The notes under the pieces are model-generated. The model saw only the letters and a program-made list of their open reading frames with translations, searched no databases and was not told where the DNA came from. The translations under genes and the position numbers were made by a program. Of a stretch of 64,000 bases of DNA, positions 30,019-41,905 are shown piece by piece; position 1 is the stretch's first letter; each line of letters starts with the position of its first letter. Origin of the DNA: Patescibacteria group bacterium (GTDB lineage Bacteria > Patescibacteriota > WWE3 > UBA101185 > 2-01-FULL-41-18); contig JBBTST010000008.1 of NCBI GenBank assembly GCA_038064575.1, positions 2,458-66,457 on the forward strand, written 5' to 3'.

Positions 30019-31146
30019 ATGATCGAGAGGTTATTACTCAATTTAATACTCAAAGAACAAAAAGAAGGGTTTATCACCCTCATTCACGGCTCCCGCCGGG
30101 TTGGAAAGACCGTCTTACTAAGCCGTATTCTTGACCGCTTTCCTCAGGCAGAAAAGCTTGTTCTAAACGGCGATACCGATGAAGCAAGAACTCTTCTTGG
30201 CACAACCTCTGAAGTGAGTCTTACAGGACTTGTTGCAAACTACCCTATCATTGCAATAGACGAAGCGCAAAGAATCCCAAATATCGGACTTTCTTTAAAG
30301 ATAATTATAGACAAGTTCCCAACAAAGAAGATTTTTGTGACGGGTTCATCCTCTTTATACTTAGCCAAGGGTCTTCACGAAACTCTTACCGGCCGAACGC
30401 TGAAATACAAACTCTTCCCTCTTTCCACAAAAGAATTAGCTCAAAGCCTTAAACCGCACGAAATTCCCTTTCTGCTTGAAAATGAACTCATTTACGGCGG
30501 TTACCCTTACATACAAAACCTCGCTACTCCGACCGAAAAGCAGGCATACCTCCAATCGATTACACAAGATTATTTGTTTAAAGACCTCTTAGAACTTGAA
30601 CGGCTGGAAAACCCCGACTCGCTCAAAAAACTTGCGAGTTTGCTAGCTTTTCAGATTGGCAGTGAGGTTTCGCTCAATGAGCTTGCAACAAAGCTCTCGA
30701 TAAATGTTAAAACGGTGGCGAGGTACTTAAACCTTCTTAAGGAAAGCTTTGTAATCTTTGAGCTTGGTGCGTTCTCGTCTAACTTAAGGGATGAGGTAAC
30801 AACCGGCAAAAAATACTATTTCTACGATTTAGGAATAAGAAACGCGTTGATTTTACAATTTCATTCACTTGATGTAAGAACTGACATTGGCAATCTATGG
30901 GAGAATTTTTTGGCCGTCGAAAGATTAAAAAAGCATGAATATGAGCGAAATCTTACACCCCACTACTTCTGGAGAGATTACGCTAAAGCGGAAATTGACT
31001 GGATCGAAGGTGCATCAGGAAGCTTAAGTGCGTTCGAGTTCAAGTGGAAAAACCGCGCTTTTAAGACCCCAAAGAAATTTAAAGATAAATATGGGCTAAC
31101 TGCTTCTGTTGTGAACAAAGAGAATTATCTGGGTTTTATTATGTAA
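30019..31146 (+). CDS. AAA_14 + DUF4143 ATP-binding protein
   Basis: GSRRVGKT, IAIDEAQ, TGSSS, LTGR, GGYP, KYYFYDLG, EIDW..FEFK. Confidence 0.92.
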   Translation: MIERLLLNLILKEQKEGFITLIHGSRRVGKTVLLSRILDRFPQAEKLVLNGDTDEARTLLGTTSEVSLTGLVANYPIIAIDEAQRIPNIGLSLKIIIDKFPTKKIFVTGSSSLYLAKGLHETLTGRTLKYKLFPLSTKELAQSLKPHEIPFLLENELIYGGYPYIQNLATPTEKQAYLQSITQDYLFKDLLELERLENPDSLKKLASLLAFQIGSEVSLNELATKLSINVKTVARYLNLLKESFVIFELGAFSSNLRDEVTTGKKYYFYDLGIRNALILQFHSLDVRTDIGNLWENFLAVERLKKHEYERNLTPHYFWRDYAKAEIDWIEGASGSLSAFEFKWKNRAFKTPKKFKDKYGLTASVVNKENYLGFIM

Positions 31147-31764
31147 ATTTCATCCCGACCCATAAAACACCTTTTCATCTTTTGTGCCATTTCCATGCTC
31201 AAATACCCTTGTTCCTGCCCAATTTAAGCCCAAAAACAGCAGGGTATTTAAAGGTCTCTTGGCTCCTTCCAATACCCATCCTGAACTTCACGGGCCGCAA
31301 CGCCTGCAAAGCCATCTTCCTATTCTCCCTTGCTCTGCCCTGGTCTTTTGGAAGATGTTACGGTCAGGTTCCGAAGGATCTAATCTCACCACTTGCCGAG
31401 GGTGGCTGATCCTTTTGAGTTGGCGCGCTTTTAAGCCTCTGTTTTGAAGCTATAACCTCCCACCGGTTTTTTTCCCGGCTCTAGGGCAATCTTTGCATGC
31501 GCCGCGGGGAGGAATTTAAGAAATTATTTAGTCATCGTAAGTAATCCTTTCTTTCGGTGACTGTTGTGGCCGACTAGCCAACCAATTTCGGGCAGCTGCC
31601 GGTCCACGGGGTACCAAAAAAGGGGGGGGGTCGACAAGAGGGCTTTGTTACTGGAACATAGCTCTCACATCCTTTTTATTTTTTGTGATTCTAACAGAAT
31701 AGAAGAAGAAAATCAATAACTATAGGTTCTTGTCTTTTAAAGAGTTGCCATATATAATGCACGC

Positions 31765-32016
31765 ATGACAAATGAAACTGTTATCAAAGCTCAAATTTAT
31801 CTTCCTAAAGCCATCTATGAACTACTTAAAGAGCGTTCAAAAGCCACAGGGAGTTCCATTGCCCTTCAGATCAGACAGGCTTTGGCGGAATCAATCAAAG
31901 AAGAAACAGCCTCCAACCCTTTGCTCAAATTCTCTCGAAAATTTGCCAAAAAAAGATCCAAAAGCTTTAGAAAAAATATAGACGAAGTAGTCTATAACGA
32001 CACTTATGTCCCCTAA
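31765..32016 (+). CDS. CopG/RHH antitoxin
   Basis: IKAQIYLP...SIALQIRQAL...NIDEVVY; TTGTCT-17-TATAAT promoter. Confidence 0.82.
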   Translation: MTNETVIKAQIYLPKAIYELLKERSKATGSSIALQIRQALAESIKEETASNPLLKFSRKFAKKRSKSFRKNIDEVVYNDTYVP

Positions 32017-32467
32017 AAAAATGCTTATATCTAAAAATGGAGACATTCTTGGTAAAGCTGTGCTTGCTGACTCAAATATAATTATTGCCTCTTTGGACTC
32101 TAATCATCCAGACTTTTCAAAAGCAGAAGATCTTTTAACGGAAGTTCAGGATTTGCATCTGAAAATTGTTCTGACTGACCTTATTCTTAGTGAGGTAAGC
32201 ACATTTCTTCTGCACAACTCTCTTTTTGAAGAGCTCTACGCGCTATTTGACCTTATTGAAGAGAACCAGCTGGAAATTATTCCTTTTGAAAATGGGAAGC
32301 TGAGCCAGGCAAAGGAAATTATTAAGGAGAGGTCAAACGGAAAAATAAGCTTTTGCGATTATTACTCGATGATACTTATAAAAAGTTCTAACAGATATTA
32401 CAAAAAAGCTATCCTATCTTTGGATGAGCACTTCAAGGGGAGCAGGCTTTTTATAGATGTTAAATAA
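32006..32467 (+). CDS. vapC: VapC-family PIN toxin
   Basis: VLADSNII...ILSE...SFCD...SLDEHF. Confidence 0.88.
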   Translation: MSPKKMLISKNGDILGKAVLADSNIIIASLDSNHPDFSKAEDLLTEVQDLHLKIVLTDLILSEVSTFLLHNSLFEELYALFDLIEENQLEIIPFENGKLSQAKEIIKERSNGKISFCDYYSMILIKSSNRYYKKAILSLDEHFKGSRLFIDVK

Positions 32468-32562
32468 AACCTGTCTATCTACAAAAAGAGGGCGTCCCTG
32501 AAGATTAAAAACCTTCAAAAGAGCCCTCTTTGAAAACGCCGGATGTAATCGCTTTGATTTTG

Positions 32563-33114
32563 CTAGACGCCTCCGCCAACAGCTCTATTTCTTTGAATCC
32601 TTCTCCAAAAAAACAAACCGATGAATAGAAGCGAGGCTAACTCAAACAAAAGCAAGCCAAGTAGAGCCCAAGGTATGGGTTCCGTGCTCGGTTCCGACAG
32701 CGCGTATAGTTCAGGCCGGTAATACCCAGGGTAATCCATTCCTTTAACCTTCCCTATCTCCCAACCTTCTACAGCGGGCGGTGGAGGGCAAGGACCAGGA
32801 AAATTCCGGCTATAAATTTCACGACCAGCATCAAGAGTTACGGCGTTTGGGATGAACCCCAACTCCAGAAGCCTCTCAAAAACTGTGTAAGCTTCCTCCA
32901 CATTCTGGTCAAGCTCCACCGTCACCTCGCAGATTTGGGTTTTGGGATCGGTACCCATTGAGTTGAATTGGATGGACCGTACCCCTTCTCTATACTTCAC
33001 GAGCTCGGCAACAATTTCGGCAACACCCTCTGTTTGGGCCAGGGCCGAGACCGGAGTAGATACGAACACCGCCAAAGCCAGCAGAAGTCCTAAAAGCTTG
33101 TGTAATCTTTTCAT
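32563..33114 (-). CDS. Secreted protein with C-terminal TM anchor
   Basis: Signal peptide (ALA-QTE); C-terminal TM followed by WRR. Confidence 0.75.
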   Translation of the reverse strand: MKRLHKLLGLLLALAVFVSTPVSALAQTEGVAEIVAELVKYREGVRSIQFNSMGTDPKTQICEVTVELDQNVEEAYTVFERLLELGFIPNAVTLDAGREIYSRNFPGPCPPPPAVEGWEIGKVKGMDYPGYYRPELYALSEPSTEPIPWALLGLLLFELASLLFIGLFFWRRIQRNRAVGGGV

Positions 33115-33418
33115 TTTTCTCTCCGTTCAAAGATTTGGATTTGGGGAGAATTATACTATAAGTGGCCATGTTTAGCTTTCAGACTTAAAGCCTGAGGGTG
33201 GGTACCTCCGAAGTTGCTTTGAGTTTTAACTTCCATACCAAACATCTGTCTCTCCAAGAAGATCTTCATCCTCACCTACTTTTTCATTTGAGGTGGTCTT
33301 TCCCCTTTGCCTAACCTAGTGCTTCTTTTTCTTCATTGTTTTGAGGCTCTTCTAGAAAAGTATCCGACATCGGCTCTGTTTTTTCAACTAGAAATAGCGT
33401 GTGGCAAAATGCTAAACA

Positions 33419-33826
33419 TTATTCCGGCTTTGAAACAGTAACACCATTCAGTTTAAGCAATCTTTTGTCAAATGTTCGCAGGACTCCTGGCCCTTGTGCT
33501 GACGCCAATGCAACAAGGTATGCATCTACAAAAGAAATAGAATTGCTGCTAAAAACGTCTAAAGCCTTTTGCATAAGAATCCTGTTAATTTTAAATTTCT
33601 CATAAGAAACCAGAGCTTGCAGCTTATCTACGACTTCGGCCTTGCTTAAGTCATAAAAAGAAAGAAGAACAAAAATCACCTCAGCAACGACCATGTCCGG
33701 TACAATCAAAGTTTTGGGCGCAGCCTTTTTGAAAAAACCCTCTATAACCGCAGCTTGCTCCGGTGTGTCGTTAGTAAGAAAACGAATTAGAATGTTAGTA
33801 TCAAGAATATCTAAGCTTTTTTTCAT
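33419..33826 (-). CDS. vapC: VapC-family PIN toxin
   Basis: ILDTNILIRFL...VVAE...SFVDA...TFDK. Confidence 0.92.
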   Translation of the reverse strand: MKKSLDILDTNILIRFLTNDTPEQAAVIEGFFKKAAPKTLIVPDMVVAEVIFVLLSFYDLSKAEVVDKLQALVSYEKFKINRILMQKALDVFSSNSISFVDAYLVALASAQGPGVLRTFDKRLLKLNGVTVSKPE

Positions 33827-34058
33827 ATTCTTCTTTTAGAAGTTTTAGCACTGTTTTATCAGCTTGCACCGGAGAGTATGTTCTGCTGGATTTAACAGAT
33901 CCTTTAAAGGACAAAAAATTCTTTGCCTGAGTTAAGACAACCTGATTGTTGGTCATACTAAACGTTACTTTCTCAAAAGGTTTTATGTCGAGCTTTTTTC
34001 TTATCTCTATTGGTATGGTCACCCGTCCTTTTTGAGTCAGAGTTGTATTATAAATCAC
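33801..34058 (-). CDS. AbrB/MazE/SpoVT antitoxin
   Basis: LTQKGRVTIPIEIRKKLDI. Confidence 0.92.
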   Translation of the reverse strand: MIYNTTLTQKGRVTIPIEIRKKLDIKPFEKVTFSMTNNQVVLTQAKNFLSFKGSVKSSRTYSPVQADKTVLKLLKEEYEKKLRYS

Positions 34059-34147
34059 AGTAATGATACTGTATCATAAGTAATACTTATTATCAATGAG
34101 TAATGCATACGGTTAAATCCGTGGTACCCTGTTGCTTCGCAAGTGCG

Positions 34148-34223
34148 TGGTGGACCTGGGGGGACTCAAACCCCCCACCTCCGCAATGCGAATGCGGCGC
34201 TCTATCAGATGAGCTACAGGCCC
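34148..34223 (-). tRNA. tRNA-Ala(CGC)
   Basis: GGGCCTGTAGCTCA...CCGCATTCGCATTGCGG...GGTCCACCA; G3:U70 pair. Confidence 0.93.
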
Positions 34224-34361
34224 CTAACAAAACAATTAAAAAATTCTCCCCCGGACTAAGACTTTAGAACATAAAGATTATGCCACTTATAGGTTTGAAA
34301 TAATATCGCGTTTATTAGACAATAGCCAAAATCCCAAAAAATAATACAGGTGGAGAGAAAA

Positions 34362-34994
34362 ATGAATAAAACAACCAAAAGAGCGCTGTTGACCTTGATT
34401 TGCGCTAGCTTACTAGCAGCATGTGGGACTGTGCTTCCAACTCATGCCCCCGCAGCACAGTCAGTTACGGGAAATGCTAAGTATTCAGGGATGGAAGAGA
34501 TGCAAACAATTGAAGTTGAGGTTGGCAGAGCGTATGGTATAGCCTATCAGGTTAACCAGACTTCCTACTTTTCCTTCTTCCAGATCCTTGAAAAAGAGGA
34601 GGAAACTCTACACAGCCTTGAGCTTCATTCTGAAAATGGCTTTTGGTTGTTTGAATACGAGTTTTTGTGGTATCGCGTGTTCAAGATAGAATCCGTTTCC
34701 AAGGATAAAGCCATAATCAGTATGGATGTTAAGTCTTATCTTTTTGACACCTTATGGATTGACAGGGCTGGCAACATTAACATCTACCCTGGAACCGTAA
34801 CTGTAGAAACAAGGTGGCATGTTACCCCAAATGGTCTGTACTTGCTTCAGGGAGATACCATGTATGGGCCATACAGCTCAGGGGACGAGGTACAAATTAG
34901 CAACCTTCCGGTTGGAGAAATACACACATTTGTGGTTGGATCTGGCAAAGATGCAAATGGAAATAACATTGTAGTATTGAGTCCTAAGGATTGA
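34362..34994 (+). CDS. Putative lipoprotein
   Basis: Lipobox LLAAC. Confidence 0.75.
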   Translation: MNKTTKRALLTLICASLLAACGTVLPTHAPAAQSVTGNAKYSGMEEMQTIEVEVGRAYGIAYQVNQTSYFSFFQILEKEEETLHSLELHSENGFWLFEYEFLWYRVFKIESVSKDKAIISMDVKSYLFDTLWIDRAGNINIYPGTVTVETRWHVTPNGLYLLQGDTMYGPYSSGDEVQISNLPVGEIHTFVVGSGKDANGNNIVVLSPKD

Positions 34995-35017
34995 CGGCAC
35001 CTAAAACGCTCAAAAAT

Positions 35018-35054
35018 AAAACCCGGTTGCACTAACTTTTGCAGCCGGGTTTTT
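35018..35054. terminator. Bidirectional terminator
   Basis: AAAACCCGGTTGCA...TGCAGCCGGGTTTTT. Confidence 0.8.
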
Positions 35055-35069
35055 GCTTTCTACATTAGT

Positions 35070-35690
35070 TCAGGGAGTCTTTGGAGTAATACAAACACTT
35101 GCATTACCTATCTCTACCTGAAAAACAACAGTCCTTTCAATCCCTAAAGTATCCAAACCACCGCTTTCATTCTCATGGAATACCTCAAATAGAAAAGACA
35201 CATCTACTGCCCCCCCTGCCCCTTGCATCACTTCTTCAAAAGTATAAGGACTCATACCTTCAGGAATTTTATAACCTGGGTATAAGAAGGACATGGTCAC
35301 CCCATCAGAATTCCAACTCTCAATAGTGATAGCGGTGACTGCCGAGTCTACCAACTGCGTGGGATTTTCAGGGTTCCTGAGCCGCGCTTGGGCAAAATAA
35401 GTGACCGGAAGCACTGGCGCATTGTTCTGGATGCAAACAACCTCCTCAAGCATCCAAGAGCTCTCCCCCAGTTCAATGAGAGTCATCTCCCCATTAGCCC
35501 CACCTGTGCTTTTTACCCAATCATAGACCGCGGGGTCCTGATTGGAATTTGACACCAGTATTTCCGTAGAAATCCCTGTGGTGGAAACTGTGGGTGAAGG
35601 GGTTTCAATCCTGACAACAACGGGTTCTGGTTCTGCCCCACACGCTGCAAGAAGCAGAGAACCAATCACCAACCAAAGTAACCTATTCAT
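35070..35690 (-). CDS. Putative lipoprotein
   Basis: MNRLLW...LLAAC and a P/T-rich linker. Confidence 0.75.
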   Translation of the reverse strand: MNRLLWLVIGSLLLAACGAEPEPVVVRIETPSPTVSTTGISTEILVSNSNQDPAVYDWVKSTGGANGEMTLIELGESSWMLEEVVCIQNNAPVLPVTYFAQARLRNPENPTQLVDSAVTAITIESWNSDGVTMSFLYPGYKIPEGMSPYTFEEVMQGAGGAVDVSFLFEVFHENESGGLDTLGIERTVVFQVEIGNASVCITPKTP

Positions 35691-35808
35691 TTTTACATTT
35701 TCTCCTCTAGAGCTTAAGATTTTGGGGATTATAACATAATTATAGGTTATATACATTTCTAAGGGCTTTGAAGCTGCTATTTAAAGGTGATAGGACTATA
35801 AAATGTCT

Positions 35809-35885
35809 TGGTGGACCCTAGGGGACTCGAACCCCTCACCTCTTCCATGCCATGGAAGCGCTCTAGCCAGATGAGCTAAGGGCCC
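35809..35885 (-). tRNA. tRNA-Ala(GGC)
   Basis: GGGCCCTTAGCTCA...CTTCCATGGCATGGAAG...GGTTCGAGTCC...CCACCA. Confidence 0.95.
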
Positions 35886-35972
35886 TTACAAAGGGACCGG
35901 ACAGCAAACGGAATTATAAATTAGATCCGTCAAAGCTTCTAGGTTCAAAAAATGTAGCCCGTGTGAAAAAGA

Positions 35973-38332
<2,360 letters not shown>

Positions 38333-38453
38333 AAGTGTCCAAAGTCAGGACTGAGGGCAATTATAACTCAACCTATTCAAAGTTGAAACTTACTCAAAAA
38401 CACATCTTAGCTTAATGAATCAAGCCAAACCAACCACCTTAGCAGCCGTGAAG

Positions 38454-39854
38454 CTATTGACCTTGAGCAAGAGTTTGTAAAAACTCTTCATTGTTTTGCG
38501 TTTTTCTCATTCTCTCCACCACAAGTTGAGTAGCTTCCCTCTCATCCAAAAGATCAACCATTCTTCTAAGTCTGAAAACTGCTTCCAGTGTCTTTTTCTC
38601 ATATAAGAGTTCTTCATGCCTTGTTGAGGACTTCTTGATATCAAGAGCTGGGTAAATTCTTCTTTCTGCCAGAGTTCTATCAAGGTGCAGTTCCATGTTA
38701 CCAGTTCCCTTAAACTCCTCATAAACCAGATCGTCCATCCTTGAGCCTGTATCCACTAAAGCTGTAGCAATAATTGTTAAACTACCGGCAGATTCAAAGT
38801 TTCTGGCAGCTCCAAAAAAGTGCTTTGGAGGGTACAGTGCGGAAGGATCAAAACCGCCTGATAGCGTTCTTCCTGAAGGCGGAACCACCAGGTTATAAGC
38901 TCTTGCCAAACGGGTTAGAGAATCCATTAGAATAACAACATCTTTTCCGGCTTCAGCCAGACGCTTTGCTCTTTCCAAAACTATCTCAGCAGCTCTTGTT
39001 TGGGCTTCAGCTGCTTCATCAAAATTACTGGCAAACACTTCCCCATTAACGCTTCTTTGCATATCTGTTACCTCTTCAGGTCTTTCTCCAATTAAAGCAA
39101 CCATCAAAACTACCTCGGGATGATTTGTGGTAATACCATTTGCAATGTCCTTAAGAAGCCAGGTTTTACCGGCTTTAGGAGGCGCAACTATCATAGAGCG
39201 TTGTCCCTTACCAACAGGAGAAATAAGATCAATCAACCTAGTTGACAGAATATCTTTAGCTGTCTCAAGTCTAAGCCAAGAATTTGGAAAAACAGGTATG
39301 AGCTTTTCAAATAAGGGTCTTTTGCGGGCAGCCTCCGGATCCATGTCTTCAACTTTTTCCACCCTTAACAAAGACAGGTATCTTTCATTTTCTTTGGGCG
39401 GTCTTGCAAGCCCTTCTACAATATCCCCCATCCTTAGAGCAAAACGCCTGATTTGGGACTGGCTTATATACACGTCTTTTGGAAGATTCTCTTTTGCATT
39501 TTTATCTTCCTGTCTTAAAACACCATAATCGGGCAAAATCTCAAGTACTCCTTTTACCGGAACCGTTTCACCTAAAAAGCCTTCCGGTCCAAAGTCAGAG
39601 CCCTGCATATAACCATACCCACCGTTTTGCCCCTGATTTGTTGAGGCATCCCCATTTTGGCCTTGGATTGGCTGATAACCTTGCCCACCTTGTGATCCCT
39701 GAGGAGCCTGAAAGCCTTGTGAACCCTGGGAAAAGTCTTTAGGCTCTCTTGACCCTCTGGTATCTCTTGCATAACCGCCTGAACTTGAGGAGTCACCATT
39801 TCTGGAATAGGACCTTGAAGGTTGATACTCTTTGGGTGAGTTGGATCTATACAT
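38454..39854 (-). CDS. rho: Transcription termination factor Rho with N-terminal low-complexity extension
   Basis: DVYISQSQIRRF, APPKAGKT, DSLTRLAR and FKGTGNMEL. Confidence 0.97.
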   Translation of the reverse strand: MYRSNSPKEYQPSRSYSRNGDSSSSGGYARDTRGSREPKDFSQGSQGFQAPQGSQGGQGYQPIQGQNGDASTNQGQNGGYGYMQGSDFGPEGFLGETVPVKGVLEILPDYGVLRQEDKNAKENLPKDVYISQSQIRRFALRMGDIVEGLARPPKENERYLSLLRVEKVEDMDPEAARKRPLFEKLIPVFPNSWLRLETAKDILSTRLIDLISPVGKGQRSMIVAPPKAGKTWLLKDIANGITTNHPEVVLMVALIGERPEEVTDMQRSVNGEVFASNFDEAAEAQTRAAEIVLERAKRLAEAGKDVVILMDSLTRLARAYNLVVPPSGRTLSGGFDPSALYPPKHFFGAARNFESAGSLTIIATALVDTGSRMDDLVYEEFKGTGNMELHLDRTLAERRIYPALDIKKSSTRHEELLYEKKTLEAVFRLRRMVDLLDEREATQLVVERMRKTQNNEEFLQTLAQGQ

Positions 39855-40139
39855 AATATTACTTGGCAAATTGCCACAATTAAATAAACTTAAATTTTAG
39901 CTTTAGACTGAAGTTTCATAAGAAAAACCAACGCAAACCGCAAATACCAAAAACAGCCTTAATGTTTTGATCTGTAATGATTAAAAAATTGCATGTTGGA
40001 CTTTGGATTCAGAAAGATGAATAACTTCTTCTTAAGGTAAAGCCTATCTTAAATGAAAAACCCTGTCAACTGAGAAGTGTAATGGTGAACCAAGCAAGTG
40101 TTGAGGAAGACAAAATTTGTACCTTGGCGCCTAAATACG

Positions 40140-40179
40140 CAAAAAACTCGGGATAAAACACTGTTTCTTCCCGAGTTTT
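40140..40179 (-). terminator. Intrinsic terminator after tRNA-Arg and the tRNA-like RNA
   Basis: AAAACTCGGGA...TCCCGAGTTTTTT. Confidence 0.75.
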
Positions 40180-40185
40180 GTAAAT

Positions 40186-40343
40186 TTGGTCTGATGGACT
40201 CGAACCATCTTGTGATTTGAGCCTCAATTGGCACCACCCCACTTAAAAGTTTGGAAGTGGCTCCTTTCCTAATTGGGATCTGCCGGCATTATCCGCTACT
40301 TACTTAAAAGTAGTAAACACAAAGCGTTAGCAGATCAGACCAA
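40186..40343 (-). ncRNA. Putative tRNA-like ncRNA (acceptor stem + canonical T-arm, two enlarged arms)
   Basis: TTGGTCT...GATGG-TTCGAGT-CCATC-AGACCAA. Confidence 0.5.
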
Positions 40344-40344
40344 G

Positions 40345-40417
40345 TACCCTCGACAGGACTCGAACCTGTAACGCGGAGCTTAGAAGTCTCCCGCTCTATC
40401 CATTGAGCTACAAGGGC
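40345..40417 (-). tRNA. tRNA-Arg(TCT), CCA not encoded
   Basis: GCCCTTGTAGCTCAATGGATAGAGC...CTTCTAA...GGTTCGAGTCCTGTCGAGGGTA. Confidence 0.92.
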
Positions 40418-40439
40418 CCTGTTAAAAAGTTTCCCTTTC

Positions 40440-40928
40440 CTAGCGATACCGAATAATCTTTCTGGTGTTAGCAAGATATAAAATCACGTCTCTACCTGCC
40501 AACACCCTGTTAAAGTTATCAACATCCACTCTTCTGGCAAGTCCCAGAGCAAGTGAGAATTTGGGTGGAAGTTCATCAGATTGCAAACCCCCCAACCTAA
40601 TGAGAATAACTTCTAGCACACCTTCTGAGAGTGCCTCCCAGATATCATCTGGCAGATAATATTGCCTCTTGAAAAGCACCACAGGGTTCAAAGACAATTC
40701 TGCCCTACATCTTTGAAGGGTTCTGGCCAGAGCTTCCAACTTCTTTCCCAAGGAGAAGTGATTTTCTCCCAGGTCAATTGATAAAAGGAGGTCAATTACC
40801 CTTTTAAGCTGTTCGGGCTTTGGCAAAGGCTTACTACTAACCTTTGGTTTACCTAACTTAAACCCAGAACTTCTTGTAGGGTGATAAAACTCTTCAGCTA
40901 AATAGTCTAAACTAGGGATGCCATACAT
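40440..40928 (-). CDS. Hypothetical protein
   Basis: 162-aa ORF with SD AAAGGAG. Confidence 0.65.
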   Translation of the reverse strand: MYGIPSLDYLAEEFYHPTRSSGFKLGKPKVSSKPLPKPEQLKRVIDLLLSIDLGENHFSLGKKLEALARTLQRCRAELSLNPVVLFKRQYYLPDDIWEALSEGVLEVILIRLGGLQSDELPPKFSLALGLARRVDVDNFNRVLAGRDVILYLANTRKIIRYR

Positions 40929-41236
40929 TTTGACTTCTCCTTTCTTTTTGAGATATTGTAATATTAGAAACTTATAGGGTATTTTGCAAGTGGAAACGGG
41001 TTAATAAAAGTGTATGTAAAAACTATCAGGGGAGATAGTCACTGCCCCCAGCTACCTCCCCTAACAATGATCCTATAAAGTTAGAACGGCAATGTCAATA
41101 ACTTTGTACACACCCTTTACAGATATAGAGGCAATATATTACTCGCTTGAAACATTTGAACCGACTTTACAACACTTTAATTTATTAATTAAGCAACGGG
41201 TAGTAAAACTTGTAACAAAAATGATAAGTAATTTAG

Positions 41237-41902
41237 TTATAGTTTCTTAGCTTTTATCAAAAGCCGCTTGCTATAGTCTTTTTCTACAGGACTCCATACG
41301 CCGCCACACGTGATAACAGTCAAAATTGGGTCTTTTGTTTCCTCATATGCTTTTAGAACCGCGCCGGGGTCATTCATGGAAACATAAGAGACCTCATAAA
41401 TCTCAAACTTAATAAGTCTTTGTGTAGAATCTTCAACCTCTATCAAATCCCCGGGTTCCAGTTTAACCAGCTTGTAAAAAACTGCGGGAGAGCCGCCTAC
41501 CCTATCATAATGCCCGGCTAGAATCGCGTTGCCCTCTTCTCCGGCTTTCGGTCCGTTCTTATACCAGCCTACCTCATTGTAGTTTTTGGGAGTTTCAAGC
41601 CTGCCATCTTTATCAACACCTACTTCGACCACAGGCGCCTCTTTGAGACCGATTTTGGAAATTGAAAGTTTTTTGGGCTCAAAGAAGATAGGCTTCAACA
41701 GAGAGGCAAAGATAGAAGGGTTTGAATCCTGGGCCACAGGAGCGTCTGAGGTAGTTATACCTAAAATAGCCTTAGTATTAAAGTAAAGTAACGCAAAAGA
41801 GGCGGACACAAGGATTCCGGTTAGAATCACAAGCATTCCGCCCCTCCTGCCTGAAAACAAGTTCATATATAAGCTTTGTAAGCCGGAACAGTCCGAACTC
41901 AC
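41237..41902 (-). CDS. Class F sortase
   Basis: VGWY..GPKAGEEGNAILAGH(YD), LTVITC and a downstream Arg. Confidence 0.9.
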   Translation of the reverse strand: MSSDCSGLQSLYMNLFSGRRGGMLVILTGILVSASFALLYFNTKAILGITTSDAPVAQDSNPSIFASLLKPIFFEPKKLSISKIGLKEAPVVEVGVDKDGRLETPKNYNEVGWYKNGPKAGEEGNAILAGHYDRVGGSPAVFYKLVKLEPGDLIEVEDSTQRLIKFEIYEVSYVSMNDPGAVLKAYEETKDPILTVITCGGVWSPVEKDYSKRLLIKAKKL

Positions 41903-41905
41903 AAA

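Noticed and set aside
31616-31630. A6G9 homopolymer as a phase-variation switch
   Set aside because: Not within an intact ORF or a recognisable promoter spacer.
34121-34130. Possible tRNA 3'-end att duplication for the accessory region
   Set aside because: Only ~8-nt matches; no convincing second att copy found.
14770-35000. CRISPR array
   Set aside because: No regularly spaced identical repeats and no cas genes.
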